Assembly: GCF_004010195.1 (NCBI RefSeq)
Contig: NC_057718.1
Coordinates: 103,729,963 to 103,793,962, forward strand
DNA from: Chiloscyllium plagiosum
Taxonomy: Eukaryota
Reading direction: 5' to 3'
DNA length: 64,000 bases
Part shown: positions 49,795 to 62,720 of the stretch, piece by piece
Position numbering within the stretch: the first letter of the stretch is position 1
Layout: the number at the start of each line of letters is the position of its first letter
Translations under genes and position numbers: made by a program
Notes under the pieces: model-generated
Told to the model about the DNA's origin: nothing
Databases searched by the model: none
The model's input: the letters and a program-made list of their open reading frames with translations, nothing else

Positions 49795-52700
49795 TTGTAA
49801 AAGCAAAAGAAAAAGTGTACAATGTTTTGAAAGATAGTGGGAAGTCAGAGGATTGGGAAACCATTTAAGACCAGCTGAGGATAAGTAAATAGCAATGGAG
49901 GGATGGGTAGAAAATGAAATGTGATGAGTAAGCTGGTTTTAATATTAAACAAGATTGCAAGAGCTTTCTTTAGGTATATAAAAAGATAAGAGAGAGGCAA
50001 AAGTGGATATTGGACTGTTGGAAAACGAGGCTGGGGCAGTAGTAATGGGGATTAAAGAAATGGCAGAGGAACTGAGTAGGTACTTTGCATCAGTTTTCAC
50101 AGCAGAAGACATCAACAGCATACCAGAGCTTCAACAAATGGTGGAGGTGAGTGTAACGGTCATCACTAAGGAGAAGGTGCTGGGGAAGCTGAAAGGTCTG
50201 AAGGTGGATAAATCACCAAGATCAGACGGACTATATTCCAGAGTTCTAAAAGAGATAGCTGAGGAGATTGTAGAGACATTGGCAGTGATCTTTCATGAAT
50301 CACTAGAGTCAGGCAGGATCCTAGAGGATTAGAAAATGGTGATTGGAACACCTCTGTTTAAAAGTGAAGGGAGCAGAGGTAGAAAGCTACAGGCGAGAGC
50401 TAGTCTGATCTTAGCCATTGATAAGATTTTACAGTCCATTATTGAAGATGAGATTGCAGAGCACTTAAGCTCGGGTGGAGTAAACACAGCTTTGTCAAGG
50501 GGAGGCCCTGCCTGACAAATTTGTTAGAATTTGTTAAGTGTGTACAAGAACATTTTCTGATTCGGTATGTGGATGTACCTACTAGAGAAGGTGCAAAACT
50601 TGACCTACTCTTGGAAAATAAGACAGGGCAGGTGACTGAGGTGTCAATGGGGGAGCACTTTGGGGCCAGCGACCATAATTCCATTAGATTTAAAATAGTG
50701 ATGGAAAAGGATAGACCAGATCTAAAAGTTGAAGTTCTAAATTGGAGAAAGGCCAATTTTGATGGTATTAGGCAAGAACTTTCAAGATCTGATTGGGGGC
50801 AGATGTTCACAGGTAAGGGATGGCTGGAAAATGGGAAGCCTTCAGAAATGAGATAACAAGAATCCAGAGAATCCTGTTAGGATGAAAGGAAAGGCTGGTA
50901 GATATAGGGAATGCTGGATGACTAAAGGAAGGCCCCAAGGGATCCTTCCATATCCGTCACAAATTCACCTGCACCTCCACACACGTCATTTACTGCATCC
51001 GCTGTACCCGATGTGGCCTCCTATACATTGGGGAGACAGGCCGCCAACTTGCAGAATGTTTCAGAGAACACCTCTGGGACACCTGCACCAACCAACCCAA
51101 CCACCCCGTGGCTGAACATTTTAACTCCCCCTCCCACTCTGCCAAGGACATGCAGGTTCTTGGCCTCCTCCATCGCCAGACCATGGCAACAAGACGCCTG
51201 GAGGAAGAGCACCTCATCTTCCGCCTAGGAACTCTCCAACCACAAGGGATGAATGCAGATTTCTCCAGCTTCCTCATTTCCCCTCCCCCCACCTTATCTC
51301 AGTCCCAACCCTCGGACTCAGCACCGCCTTCTTGACCTGCAATCTTCTTCCTGACCTCTCCGCCCCACCCCCTCTCCGGCCTATCACCCTCACCTTAACC
51401 TCCTTCCACCTATCGCATTCCCAACGCCCCTCCCCCAAGTCCCTCCTCCCTACCTTTTATCTTAGCCTGCTTGGCACACCCTCCTCATTCCTGAAGAAGA
51501 GCTTATACCCGAAACGTCGATTCTCCTGCTCCTTAGATGCTGCCTGACCTGCTGCGCTTTTCCAGCAACACATTTTTCAGCTCTGATCTCCAGCATCTGC
51601 AGTCCTCACTTTCTCCTAAAGAAATTGAGGGTTTGGTTAAGAAAAAGAAGGAAGCATACGTCAGGTATAGATAGGATAGATTGAGTGAATCCTTAGAAGA
51701 GTACAAAGGCCGTAAGAGTATACTTAAGAGGGAAATCAGGAGAGCAAAAAGGGGATATGAGATAGCTTTGGCAAATAGAATTAAGGAGAATCCAAAGAGT
51801 GTTTACAAGTACATTAAGGACAAAAGGGTAACTAGGGAGGGAATAGGGCCCCTCAAAGATCAGCAAGGCGGCCTTTGTGTGGAGCCGCAGAAAATGGGGG
51901 TGACACTAAATGAATATTTTGCATCAGTATTTACTGTGGAAAAGGATATGGAAGATATAGATGTAGGGAAATAGATGGTGACAACTTGCAAAACGTCTAT
52001 ATTACAGAGGAGGAAGTGCTGGATGTCTTGAAACACATAAAGGTGGATAAATCCCCAGGACCTGGTCAGGTGTACCCTAGAACTCTGTGGGAAGCTAGAG
52101 AAGTGATTGTTGGGCCTCTTGCTGAGATATTTGTATCATCGATAGTCGCAGGTGAGGTGCCAGAAGACGGGAGGTTGGCTAATGTGGTGCCACTGTTTAA
52201 GAAGGGTGGTAAGGACAAGTCAGGGAACTATAGACTGGTGAGTCTGACCTCGTTGTTGGCAAGTAGTTGGAGGGAATCCTGAGGGACAGGATGTACATGT
52301 ATTTGGAAAGGCAAGGACTGATTAGGGATAGTCAATATGGCTTTGTGCGTAGGAAATCATGTCTCACAAACTTGATTGAGTATTTTGAAGAAGTAATAAA
52401 GAGGATTGATGAGGGCAGAGCAGTAGATGTGATCCAAATGGACTTCAGTAAGGCGTTCGACATGGTTCCACATGGGAGACTGATTAGCGAGGTTAGATCA
52501 CATGGAACACAGGGAGAACTAGCCATTTGGATACAGAACTGGCTCAAAGGTAGAAGACAGAGGGTGGTGGTGGAGGGTTGTTTTTCAGACTGGAGGCCTG
52601 TGACCAGTGGAGCGATCGGTGCTGGGTCCTCTACTTCTTGTCATTTACATAAATGACTTGGATGCGAGCGTAAGAGGTACAGTTAGTAAGTTTGCAGATG

Positions 52701-54262
52701 ACACCAAAATTTGAGGTGTAGTGGACAGCGAAGAGGATTACCTCAGATTACAACAGGATCTGGACCAGATGGACCAATGGGCTGAGAAGTGGCAGATGGA
52801 GTTTAATTTAGATAAATGCGTGGTGCTGCATTTTGGGAAAGCAAATCTTAGCAGGACTTATACCCTTAATGGTAAGGTCCTAGGGAGTGTTGCTGAACAA
52901 AGAGACCTTGGAGTGCAGGTTCACAGCTCCTTGAAAGTGGAGTCGCAGATGGATAGGATAGTGAAGAAGTGTTTGGTATGCTTTCCTTTATTCATCAGAG
53001 TATTGAGAACAGGAGTCGGGAGGTCATGTTGCGGCTTTACAGGACATTGGTTAGCTATAGAGGTTTCACAAAATCATGAAGGGCATGGATAGGGTAAATA
53101 GACAAAGTCTTTTCCCTGGGGTCAGGGTGTCCAGAACTAGGGGCCTAGGTTTAGGGTGAGAGGAGAACAATATAAAAGAGACCTAAGGGGCAACCTTTTC
53201 ACATAGAGGGTGGTACGTGTATGGAATGAGCTGCCAGAGGAAGTGGTGGAGGCTGGTACAATTGCAACATTTAAGAGGCATTTGGATGGGTATATGAATA
53301 GGAAGGGTTTGGAGGGATATGGGCCGGGTGCTGGCAGGTGGGACTAGATTGGGTCAGCATGAATGGGTTGGACCGAAGGGTCTGTTTCCACGCTGTCGGG
53401 CAGGACGTGTTGAGGAAACAAGGAGCTGCAGAAGGATTTGTAAAAGCTAGGAGAGTGGGAGAAGAAGGGACAGTGCAATACAATGGGGGAAAGTGTGAGG
53501 CGATGCACTTTGGTCGGAAGAATTAGAGACGTAGGCAATTACTCTAAGGGGAAAGGCTTGGGAAATCTGAAGTGCAAAGGAAATTAGAGGTCTCTTAAGG
53601 TTAACATGTAGGTTTAGTTGGCAGTTAGGAAGGCAAATGCAATGTTAGCATTCATTTCAAGAGGGTTAGAATACAAGAGCAGAGATGTACTGCTGAGACT
53701 GCATAAGGCACATTTGAAATATTTTAAGCTGCTTTGGCCCTATGTCTAAGGAAGGATATGTTAGTGTTGAAGGGCATCCAGAGGAGATTTACAAGAATGA
53801 TCCCAGGGATGAAGGGCTTGTCATGTGAGGAGCAATTGAGGACTCTGGGCCTGTACTCGATGGAGTTTAGAAGGATAAGGGGGGAGGGATCCCATTGAAA
53901 CTTACAGAATACTGAGAGGCCTGGATAGAGTGGGAGCGGAGAATATGTTTCCACTGGTAGAAGAGACTAGGACCTGAGGGCACAGCCTCAGAGTGAAGAG
54001 ACAACCCTTTAGAATTGAGATGAGGAGGAATTTCTTCAGCCGGAGGGTGGAGAATCTGTGGGACTCATTACCATAAAGAGCTGTGCAGGCCAAGACATTG
54101 AGTATATTTAACACAGAGATAGATAGGCTATTGATTAGTGAGGGGATTGAGGGTTACAGGGAGAAGGCAGGAGAATGGGGTTGAGAAACATACCAACCAT
54201 GATGGAATGGTGGAGCAGACTCGATGGGCCGAATGATCTAATACTGTTCCTCTATCTTATGG
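49795..54262 (+). mobile_element. Nested CR1 LINEs: older copy (49795-50530, 53400-54262) hosting a younger HER1-type copy (~50523-53395)
   Basis: Older copy: 'LKVDKSPRSDG..RVLKE'. Younger copy: endonuclease end 'PTREGAKLDLLL...GASDH', tether, RT and 3' UTR. Many stops and frameshifts. Confidence 0.92.
50928..51615 (+). mobile_element. 5'-truncated PLE: GIY-YIG endonuclease domain plus family-A terminal repeat
   Basis: Encodes FTCTSTHVIYCIRCTRCGLLYIGETGR...FREH and AEHFN...RRLEEEHLIFRLGTLQPQGMN. TSD ctaaag at 50922-50927 and 51616-51621. Hammerhead boxes at 51491-51518 with a damaged stem II. Confidence 0.92.
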
Positions 54263-56499
54263 AATATATTCCCTAAAGAATCTCCTCAGCTTCAGATCCA
54301 AAACTAGGATTAAATAAGCTCCTTGAATTAATTTACTGTTGCCACATCTCACTGGAACTATGCATAGGAATCGAGTCCTATTATTGTCAAGTCTTTACAA
54401 CATTTAAAGATTGTATCAAAGTAACAGTGTTCCCTTATTTTCCATCTGTGTAGACCCAGCCTGACAGAAAGCACAGTCCCATTTTGTGTACTTAATAAAA
54501 ATGAGTACTTATTACAAATAAATAGATTCTAGTTACGTGTAAACAACTATGGACTGTCGATATAACTGCTGACGTGTCTACTCTAAGCTCCTTCAAAAAT
54601 GCCCCCGACGCACATATACTCAAAAGAAATTGGCGTTTTGGATAGAGGAACAAGCTAGAAAGGCTGTTCAATGGTTCCTGGTCATAGGGTTCCTTGAGAT
54701 GATCCTTTTACTTGTTAGAACTTGCTGTTCTTTAATGTCTATTCTCTGGGTATTTTTTAACTTCCTTGCAGAATGCACAGAGCAACTGGTTCACTTCTTA
54801 TAAAGTCTCTAATTTATTGACTGAAAGCAAAAGTTACAGCAACTGCTTGAAGAGGAAAAGTGGCTTTGTACAGGTTTCAGGTATTTTCTGTTGCAGAGAG
54901 ACATATTACCTCTCCTTTCAGAGGTCCAAAGACTTCTGACAATATCGTTCACACCCACAGCTTGTTCCTGTACCCTCGAGCCAATCCCCTTGCTGCTGGT
55001 AGGCAGATGGCCTTCGTCAACTATAGCGGGGCTCAACTTCACAAACAAATCCAATCAGCAACTTGTTGCTGGCAGAATCTCTCTCTGTTCACATGCTTTG
55101 TCTACTCTGCAGTAACCAGCCTCTTCTGGATCAATAAAGCAACTGTGTAAACAACACCTCCAATGAGTTTCAGTAACTCGCCTTTAAAAGGTGCAGCAAT
55201 CTTTCAACCATCAATGATTCTTTTCTCCCTTCAATCCACAATCAAAAATATGGAAAAATAAAAAAAAAATAGTCTTCAGACGGCTACAGAAATGAATATA
55301 AAATGTAAATACTACAATGTTACATCTGCTCATATCTGCTTCAGATAAACCACACAATCAGCGAAATCACCTCCTGTTTCAATCCCAGTCCCAGCAGGAA
55401 CTTGTTCTGACTGATTGAAACTACTGTTTTCTGTTAACACTGCCCTGTTCAAATGCGTTAACCAATTGGTCACTAATTTTGTGAGCTTTAAACCTTCTTT
55501 AACGAAAGTAAATATGAAAATTTTCAGGTTAGAAGAGATGGTGAATTCAGCTTCTATCTTTTCAATAATTATGGGTTTGTAGGGATTGTGGGTAGACGGG
55601 GACATACAGACACAGCTTTCCGCTTTCCGCGGTGCTTTCCGCGGGAGTATAATTAATGGATAGGAAGGAGCTGTACTGGAATTGCATGTTGGCCAAACGT
55701 AACAAAGAAATGTTCACTGGGTTTTATGTGCTGCATTTCATTTAATATAAAAACATTAACTCTGTTTCCACAGATGCTGCTAGACCTGCTGAGTTTCTCC
55801 AGCAATTTCTTTTGTTCGAGACTTCCAGCATCCACAATTCTTTGTTTTATTCAACAAAGGAATGGTTTGTTAAGTAGCCTTTGGTGAGTCTGTACATTTG
55901 GCCAAACCTGCTAATTGCAACATAGCTGTATAATTCTCGACTGGAACTTGACTTCTTGTTCAATAGATTAACTGAACCTGGAATATTTGTTATGATTGAT
56001 TTTTTGCATTACTGTTGAGAAACTATACACTTTAATGATTAAGCTACATCACCTCATTCCTGACAATTGTGTTGCTCTTTGTAATTTAAGCTTGCTGACA
56101 TTCAATGAACAATACACATCCTTTCTAATATAAATAGCGTGTGCAAACATCCATGTGTATCTGCCAACAATTCCTATTTTACCAGCTGTGTGTAGTCATT
56201 CGTCACTAGAGAGTGATAAATTTCTTTGTAATTGTTTCAATACAGAGGTATCTCTGCTGAATACTGGAGTAGGAAATTTGAAAGATGTCATGTTTTGCAA
56301 GAGTCCCCCCATTAACAAACATTTGCTTTCAGTTTATTTTCCAATGACTTCCCATGTAAGTAATTATAAAGACATCAAATGCTTCAAGCATCAAGTTACA
56401 GATTGATATTTAAAAAGGGAGAACACTTAAGATCACAAGCAACAGCATCCTTGGAATGACAGAGGGTCTTAGTAATCATTTCTTGGACACTGTAACTTG

Positions 56500-57232
56500 T
56501 AGAATAGAATCAAAGTAATCTTAGGCATGTCCGACCACAGAACAGGCCACCCAGCCCATCGTATCTAGTGCTGGCTTTTTGAGAGAAGGCCCATATCCCT
56601 GTTTTTGGACTGTGACACCATGAGTTTCTCAACTTCAAGAACCTATCCAACACCTTTACAAATTATTCAAGGACTTGGCTTCAGGCCCAGAGCTCCAGAC
56701 CCCAACAGCTCTTGGAGTGAAGATGTTTCCTCTCAACCCGTCCTCGAGATCTTCCTCCTGGTGAGTTTCTATCTCTCGCCACTGGTTATTGAGCCACTCA
56801 CCAAAGGCCAGACGCTTTCTGTATCCGTCATCAAACCCTATCAGCATTTTGAAAACCTCTGTTTCAATAAGAACAGTCTGAACCTTTCCAACCTCCCCCA
56901 AAACTGTAGAACACCCCCCCTCCCCCCCCCCATCCCAGACTGAGGCAGGCACTCTGCAGGGGCTATCGCCTTCTTTCTTTAACAAATGGAGAGGGAGCTT
57001 TCAGATACTCTTTCACCCAGAGGCTGGTGCAATTACAGCATTTAAAAGGCATCTGGATGGGTCGATAAATAGGAAGGGTTTACATAGAACATAGAACAGT
57101 AGCACAGGACAGGCCGAAAGAGGGATGTGGGCCAAGTGCTGGCAAATGGGACTAGATGAGGTTAGGATGTCTGGACGGGCTGGATGAGTTGGATGAAGGG
57201 TCTGTTTCTTTGCTGTACATCTCTATGACTCT
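56500..57232. mobile_element. CR1 3' fragments (minus ~56500-56905; plus ~57005-57232)
   Basis: 'LRGNIFTPRAVGVWSS' in antisense; HER1 3' UTR ending 'ctctatgactct'. Confidence 0.75.
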
Positions 57233-58035
57233 GTAGCTCTGTCACTGTCTGGTTCAGTGACAATACTAACAGACAGTTGATTCTTCCAAGCTAATGAATG
57301 AGATGGGCTTGGTAAGAAAGGTAGGAAACTCATGGGATGTCTGCAAATAGGGGGATTCATCACCTTGGGAGCAAACCCGTCCACCTTCCATCCAGGTGTT
57401 GAATAGCATGGTGGGATTCTTGCTGGTGAACAACAAGAGGCCAATGTGCATTCATTATGAGTTAATCTCACCCCACCAACACGCAGTTCCCCATTCTCCC
57501 ACATGTTGGGCGGAATAAAGATGGTGACAATTCCCAACATGAATGTCAGAGCAAGTCAGATCTCAGCCTGCAATTCCAGCTCACAAATGCTGCCTAGTCA
57601 GCGATGCCCTCATCCCATGAATGAGTTAAAAAAAGGTGCCAATTATCCTCTGTCAGACACGCCAAGGGCAATCCATCAGCACCGCATAGGGCAGCTGTGG
57701 ACAGTCAGCACTTGATTGGATACATGACTGGGTTTTAAAGATGCACTGGTGTCAGGAATCATGGAAGGTGCCAACACTGGGCAGTACTCCCCACTGTGGT
57801 GAGTGGGATGTTATGGGGACATGGTGCTTGGGTCATAAGGTAAGCGTGGGAGGACAGCGTGAGAAAACTCACTCGGGTTCACAGAGAGAAATCCCCTTTG
57901 ACACCCACCAAAACTCAGACTTAGCCGATATCTGTAACATTTCAGCCAAGAGAGTATTGAAAACAGAATTAGTAATGGAAGGACAAGAGGATGCAAAACT
58001 CAAACAAAATCTGACTGCAAAAAGAATGTACTTAC

Positions 58036-58091
58036 CTGTTACAGGCAATAAGCTCCACGAGTGAAATTTGTGCAATGGAATAAAAACAGAC
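58036..58091 (-). CDS. Candidate 56-nt exon, unidentified
   Basis: Acceptor cccatttcactttctcctgaAG and consensus donor CAG/GTAAGT. Two frames are open (VCFYSIAQISLVELIACN or SVFIPLHKFHSWSLLPVT). Confidence 0.2.
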
Positions 58092-59309
58092 CTTCAGGAG
58101 AAAGTGAAATGGGCTGAGGTGTGTCATAAACTCTTACCCCATTTAAACAGAGACCTTCCCCGTGATTGTAAACATGGGGTACAGCACTTTGAAGATCTGC
58201 TGGCACTGGATTATTCATCGTAGAAGACGAACTGTGCCTATGGTGAGGGAATCCTACTTGAGATTCCTCCAATAAAATATGAGATCAAAAGAAATACGAG
58301 AGTCGATAATTCTAAAGGATTCAAATTAATGCCTCAGTGTAAAAATGGCAGTTTTATACACCAGCTTTAAGTTAAGAATCTTTCCTGTTACCTCAAATGA
58401 ATTCTGAACAAAGGAAAGATTTCACATGTGTTTGCTGCTTCCCATTAAAGATGCAGTATATCAAAAACATTTAGAGACCTAATCAATATTCTCACCCATG
58501 GAAACTATTTAACAGCTTCATGTTCTTTCTATTTTACCTTCTTTATTTATGGATCTTGCTCTGAAACCCATTATTTTATTTTTTGCTGAGCGAGAGGAAT
58601 GAGACAGTAAAGGTAAGGCCGCCATAGTCCCAGAGGAACATAGGGCTACGCTCTCATTAGAAACAGTACAGAGATAGTGGTTACATTAGTTCAATATACA
58701 GCATCAAGGTTCAAGGTTCACCTCCTCACCCTCCTGGCACTGCAGGTTTTAAAAAGAGGGATAGCATGGATCTGGCTTTATCTATCTAAAGTTGAGGTGA
58801 TCAGGCTACTTGGATTATCTGTTCTCAAATGTGTGGTTTGAGCGTGACCCATCTCACCCTCAGTGCTGACTCTCGGTGTGCAAACTCTCAGATTAAACAA
58901 CATCAGGCAGACCTAACCAGATGATTTAAACCCAGTTAGTTGGCACTATTGAGTTTTAACATCAGCCATAATCTCCCCAATAAAACCCCAGAGGTACAAG
59001 TGTGCATCTTTACATTGTACTTGCACTGTTGTTTAGTGATATGAAACTGACAGTGACTTTGAGACAGGACTTTATCTGAGCCTGAACGAGGTGGACCATG
59101 ATGGGAAATGTGCCAGACTCACACGAGAACTCAGTGAGACCTACCTCAACCTCACTGTATTACAGAAATGCGAGAAACTCCACATTAATGAAAATTATTG
59201 CTTTTTAATGATTTCACTAACTGCATATCTGACCTCATTAACATGCAGCTTTCTTTTATAGCACCTAACATGAGCAAGAAAGATACTAAGAATTCTAGAA
59301 GGGCTTATG

Positions 59310-59902
59310 CATAGAAATATTGATAAACATAGACAATAGGTGCAGACAACAGTATCTTTCCAGCCTGCACCACCGTTCAATATGATTATGGCTGATCATG
59401 CAATGTCAGTATTCCCATTCCCACTTTCTCTCCATATTCCTTGATTCCTTTAGCCACAAAGGCAACGTCCAGCTCCCTCTTGAATATATCGTGTGAACTG
59501 GCCCCAACAGCTTCCTGTGGGAGAGAATTCCACAGGTTCCCAACTCTCTGAGTGAAGAAATCCTTCCCCATCTCTGTCCTGAATGGCGCACCGCTTATTC
59601 TTAGACTGTGACCCCTAGTTTTGGACTTCTTCAACATCGGGAACATTCTTTTTGCATCTGGCCTGTCCAGTTCCATCAGGATTTTAAATGCTTCTATGAG
59701 AACCCCCCACCCCCATTCTTCTAAATTCCAGCCAGTATAAGCCCAGTCGATCCAGTATTTCCTCATATGTCAGTCCTACCTTCCCAGGGATCAGTCTGGT
59801 GAACCCTCTCTGGACTCCCTCAAGAGCAAGAATGTCTTTCCTCAGGCTAGGAGACCAAAACTGCACACAATACTCAAGGTATGGCCTCACCAAGACCCTG
59901 TT
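59310..59902 (-). mobile_element. CR1 LINE 3' fragment
   Basis: 'LVRPYLEYCVQFWSPSLRKDILALEGVQRGFTRLIPG', 'FFTQRVGNLWNSLPQ'. Confidence 0.92.
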
Positions 59903-61277
59903 TGACATCTCTACTCCTATACTCAAACCTTCTGACTCTGAAAGCCAGCATGTCATTAACTATACTACTCAGCTCTCCCACTGCCTGTTGGATCGAGTTC
60001 CACATTATCATCCCTCTGGCTAGAAACATTTCTCTGATTTATTAATGTCTGCCTTATGTTTAAAATTAGCCTTGCTTACCCCCACAAGTTTTCACTACAT
60101 CTGATGTGTCAACCTGACTCTTAATTTCAAAGACTTCTAATCAGGTTACCCACTCTGCTATAAAGGGTCTTGTGGGTGCAGAGGCAGTGTCCCTGAGCCA
60201 GAAAATCTGGGTTCAAGTGCCACCTGCCCCAGAGGTGCGAATAAAGTAATTACCTCTTGGCCTTCCTTTTCCTGAGAAAAAGAGTGTCAGATTGTTCAGC
60301 CTTTCCACAGGGTTCACAACAGATGATTCAACAAAGTCACATTGCTATCATTCTTGCCATTTTCCTGTCCCTTATTTTCCATTAGAGGGGTTCAGTAACT
60401 GTACAGCTGGTTTGTGATAGCAACAAGGAGGGTTTAAACCCCGTTCTGGCTGAGTGGACCATAAAGGACACTCCTTCTCAACCTCTCCCCCGCCCCGCAC
60501 ACCCCCCCGCCCAGTTGAGTCATGGTGACCCTCAGGTTAAACCACCGCTGGTCATCTCTAATGAGAGAGTAGAACCACAACACTTTAACATTTACCTTTT
60601 ACTCATTTGCTTTGAATTCTGTCCATTCTTTTACTGAGCAATTCACTTTTGCGAAAAAGGAAGAAAGATTCCCAAGCAATCATAAATAAGGGCAGTAGGG
60701 TTCTCAGTATAACTGCAGTGTTGCAAGGCAATGAAAGTCTTTAGCAAAGTGGACCTCCTGCTGAGTTCACTCTTAATGTGTAGCTGGGAATGTTTCATAA
60801 ACACTGGCAATACTCAACTCATCTCTGTAGAGAGATAGAGATCAGATACAATGAGATTTCAATGTCTGCCATTACTGCAACAATTACAGGAATGGGCTAA
60901 TCAGGAATCACTAGTTACAAGTCAATTAGCTGCTAAATTAATGCTTCCTCTTGATCTGTGGAGCCATTAATTTTAAGCGTTTTTTTTCCACCACATGTAT
61001 TGTGCTGCCTTATTTGAATTCGTCTGTTGTATGATGAAAGTACACGCTCACGCTAAGATATCAAACAAATAGGCTGTGATTTTCTTTTCCTTCAAACAGT
61101 TCGAATTCAGGAAATCTGACACAATGTGGAATGGCATAATTCCTGGGGCGTGGGCGGGAGGTGTGCGGGAGGGGCAGCAACATTTGGAAGATAATATCCT
61201 TTTCGGAATTTGGCACCAGGATTCTGTTGGTGCTTGGTGTTCCCTTTGCTGTGACCCCACTCTCTAAATTCATGCTA

Positions 61278-61812
61278 TCACGGATTTCTTACAATGCAGA
61301 TTTAGGCCATTCAGCCCATCATGTCTACACCGGCTCTTAGAATGAGCATTGTAACTTAGTGCCATTCTCTACTGCCTTTACCCCGATGATGATGGACGAT
61401 TATTTAATTAAAAGCAGTGCCCGTTGAGGAATGCACCAATTGAACCTGCCTTCACCACCATTTCAAGGCAGTATATTCCAGGTCGTAACTACGTATTGTT
61501 AAAAAGTTAAGTTGTGTGTCACATTTGAGATTTTTGCAATTCACTTTAAATCTATGCCCTCTTCTTTGTCTTACAAATGGAAACAGTTACTCCTTATCTA
61601 CTGTGCCCAGAAGCCCCCCACCCCGATTTTGAAATCTTTTATTAAATTTCCTCTTAACCCTCTCCTTTTCATGGAGAAGAGTCCCAATCTCTCTGATCTA
61701 CTGTCAAACTGAAGCTTCTCAATGATGGAACCCCTCTACCGAACACTCTAACGTGTTCATATCATTCCATAGTGTGGAGCCTGGAACTACACACAATGCT
61801 GTAACTGAGATC
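61278..61812 (-). mobile_element. Old CR1 3' fragment
   Basis: 'aggccattcagcccatc' tail and decayed ORF2 end. Confidence 0.65.
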
Positions 61813-61999
61813 AACATTGTGCATGCATTTTAATGACCAGAATTGACAAATGGACAGAAATAACTAACACCTGAAAGACACTAACAATTCTAATATTTAA
61901 AAGAATCTTTGACATTTTTTTGCAAGACATTTATAATTGCTTTTTCTTCTCTTGTAAGACTAGATGCCAGGATCTTTCCAAATTGAGGTCCTGTGTTTC

Positions 62000-62636
62000 A
62001 ACAATTGACACAAAGCTGGATGGGAGGGTGAGCTGTGAGGACAATGCAGAGGTGTTGCAGTGGACAGGCTGCATGTGTGGGAAAACGCATGGCAGATGCA
62101 GTTTGATGTGGATAACTGTTAGGTTATCCATTTTGGGAGTAAAAATAAGAATCAGATTATTATTTGAATGCCTGTAAACTGACAGAGGGGAATATTCAAT
62201 GAGACCTGGGTGTCTTCATGCACCAGTCGCTAAAGTAAGTGTGCGGGTACAGCAGGCGATAAAGAAGGTGAATTATATGTTAGTCTTCATAACAAGAGGA
62301 TTCAAGTATAGGGACAAGGATGTCTTGCTGTAATTATACAGGGAATTGTTGAGGACACACTCAGAGTTTTGTGAGCAGTTTTGGTCCCCTTATATGAGGA
62401 AGGATGTTCTTGCTGAGGAGGGAGTGTAGCGAAGGTTTACCAGACTGAGTCCTGGGATGGGAGGGCTGACTTATGAGAAGACATTGAATCGGTTTGGATT
62501 ATATTTACTAGAAGTTAGGAGAATGAGAGGGAGATCTCATAGAAACCTGTGAAATTTGTACAGGACTAAACAGGGTAAATACAGGAAGGGTATTCCCAAT
62601 GGTGGGGTAGCCCAAAATTGGACATCATTGTTGAAG
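62000..62636 (+). mobile_element. Old CR1 RT C-terminal fragment
   Basis: 'gacacaaagctgg...gacctgggtgtc...gcagttttggtccccttat...gaatgagaggg'. Confidence 0.85.
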
Positions 62637-62637
62637 G

Positions 62638-62720
62638 TGATGAAGGAGCAGTGCTCTGAAAGCTAGTGCTTCCAATTAAACCTGTTGGACTATAACCTGG
62701 TGTTGTGTGATTTTTAATTT
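62638..62720 (+). mobile_element. Solo PLE family-B terminal fragment
   Basis: tgatgaaggagcagtgctctgaaagctagtgcttccaattaaacctgttggactataacctggtg. Matches 39262-39345. Confidence 0.85.

Noticed and set aside
58028..58040. U1 snRNA 5' end (acttacctg), also at 63292
   Set aside because: No further U1 sequence follows. It is simply the complement of a splice-donor consensus.
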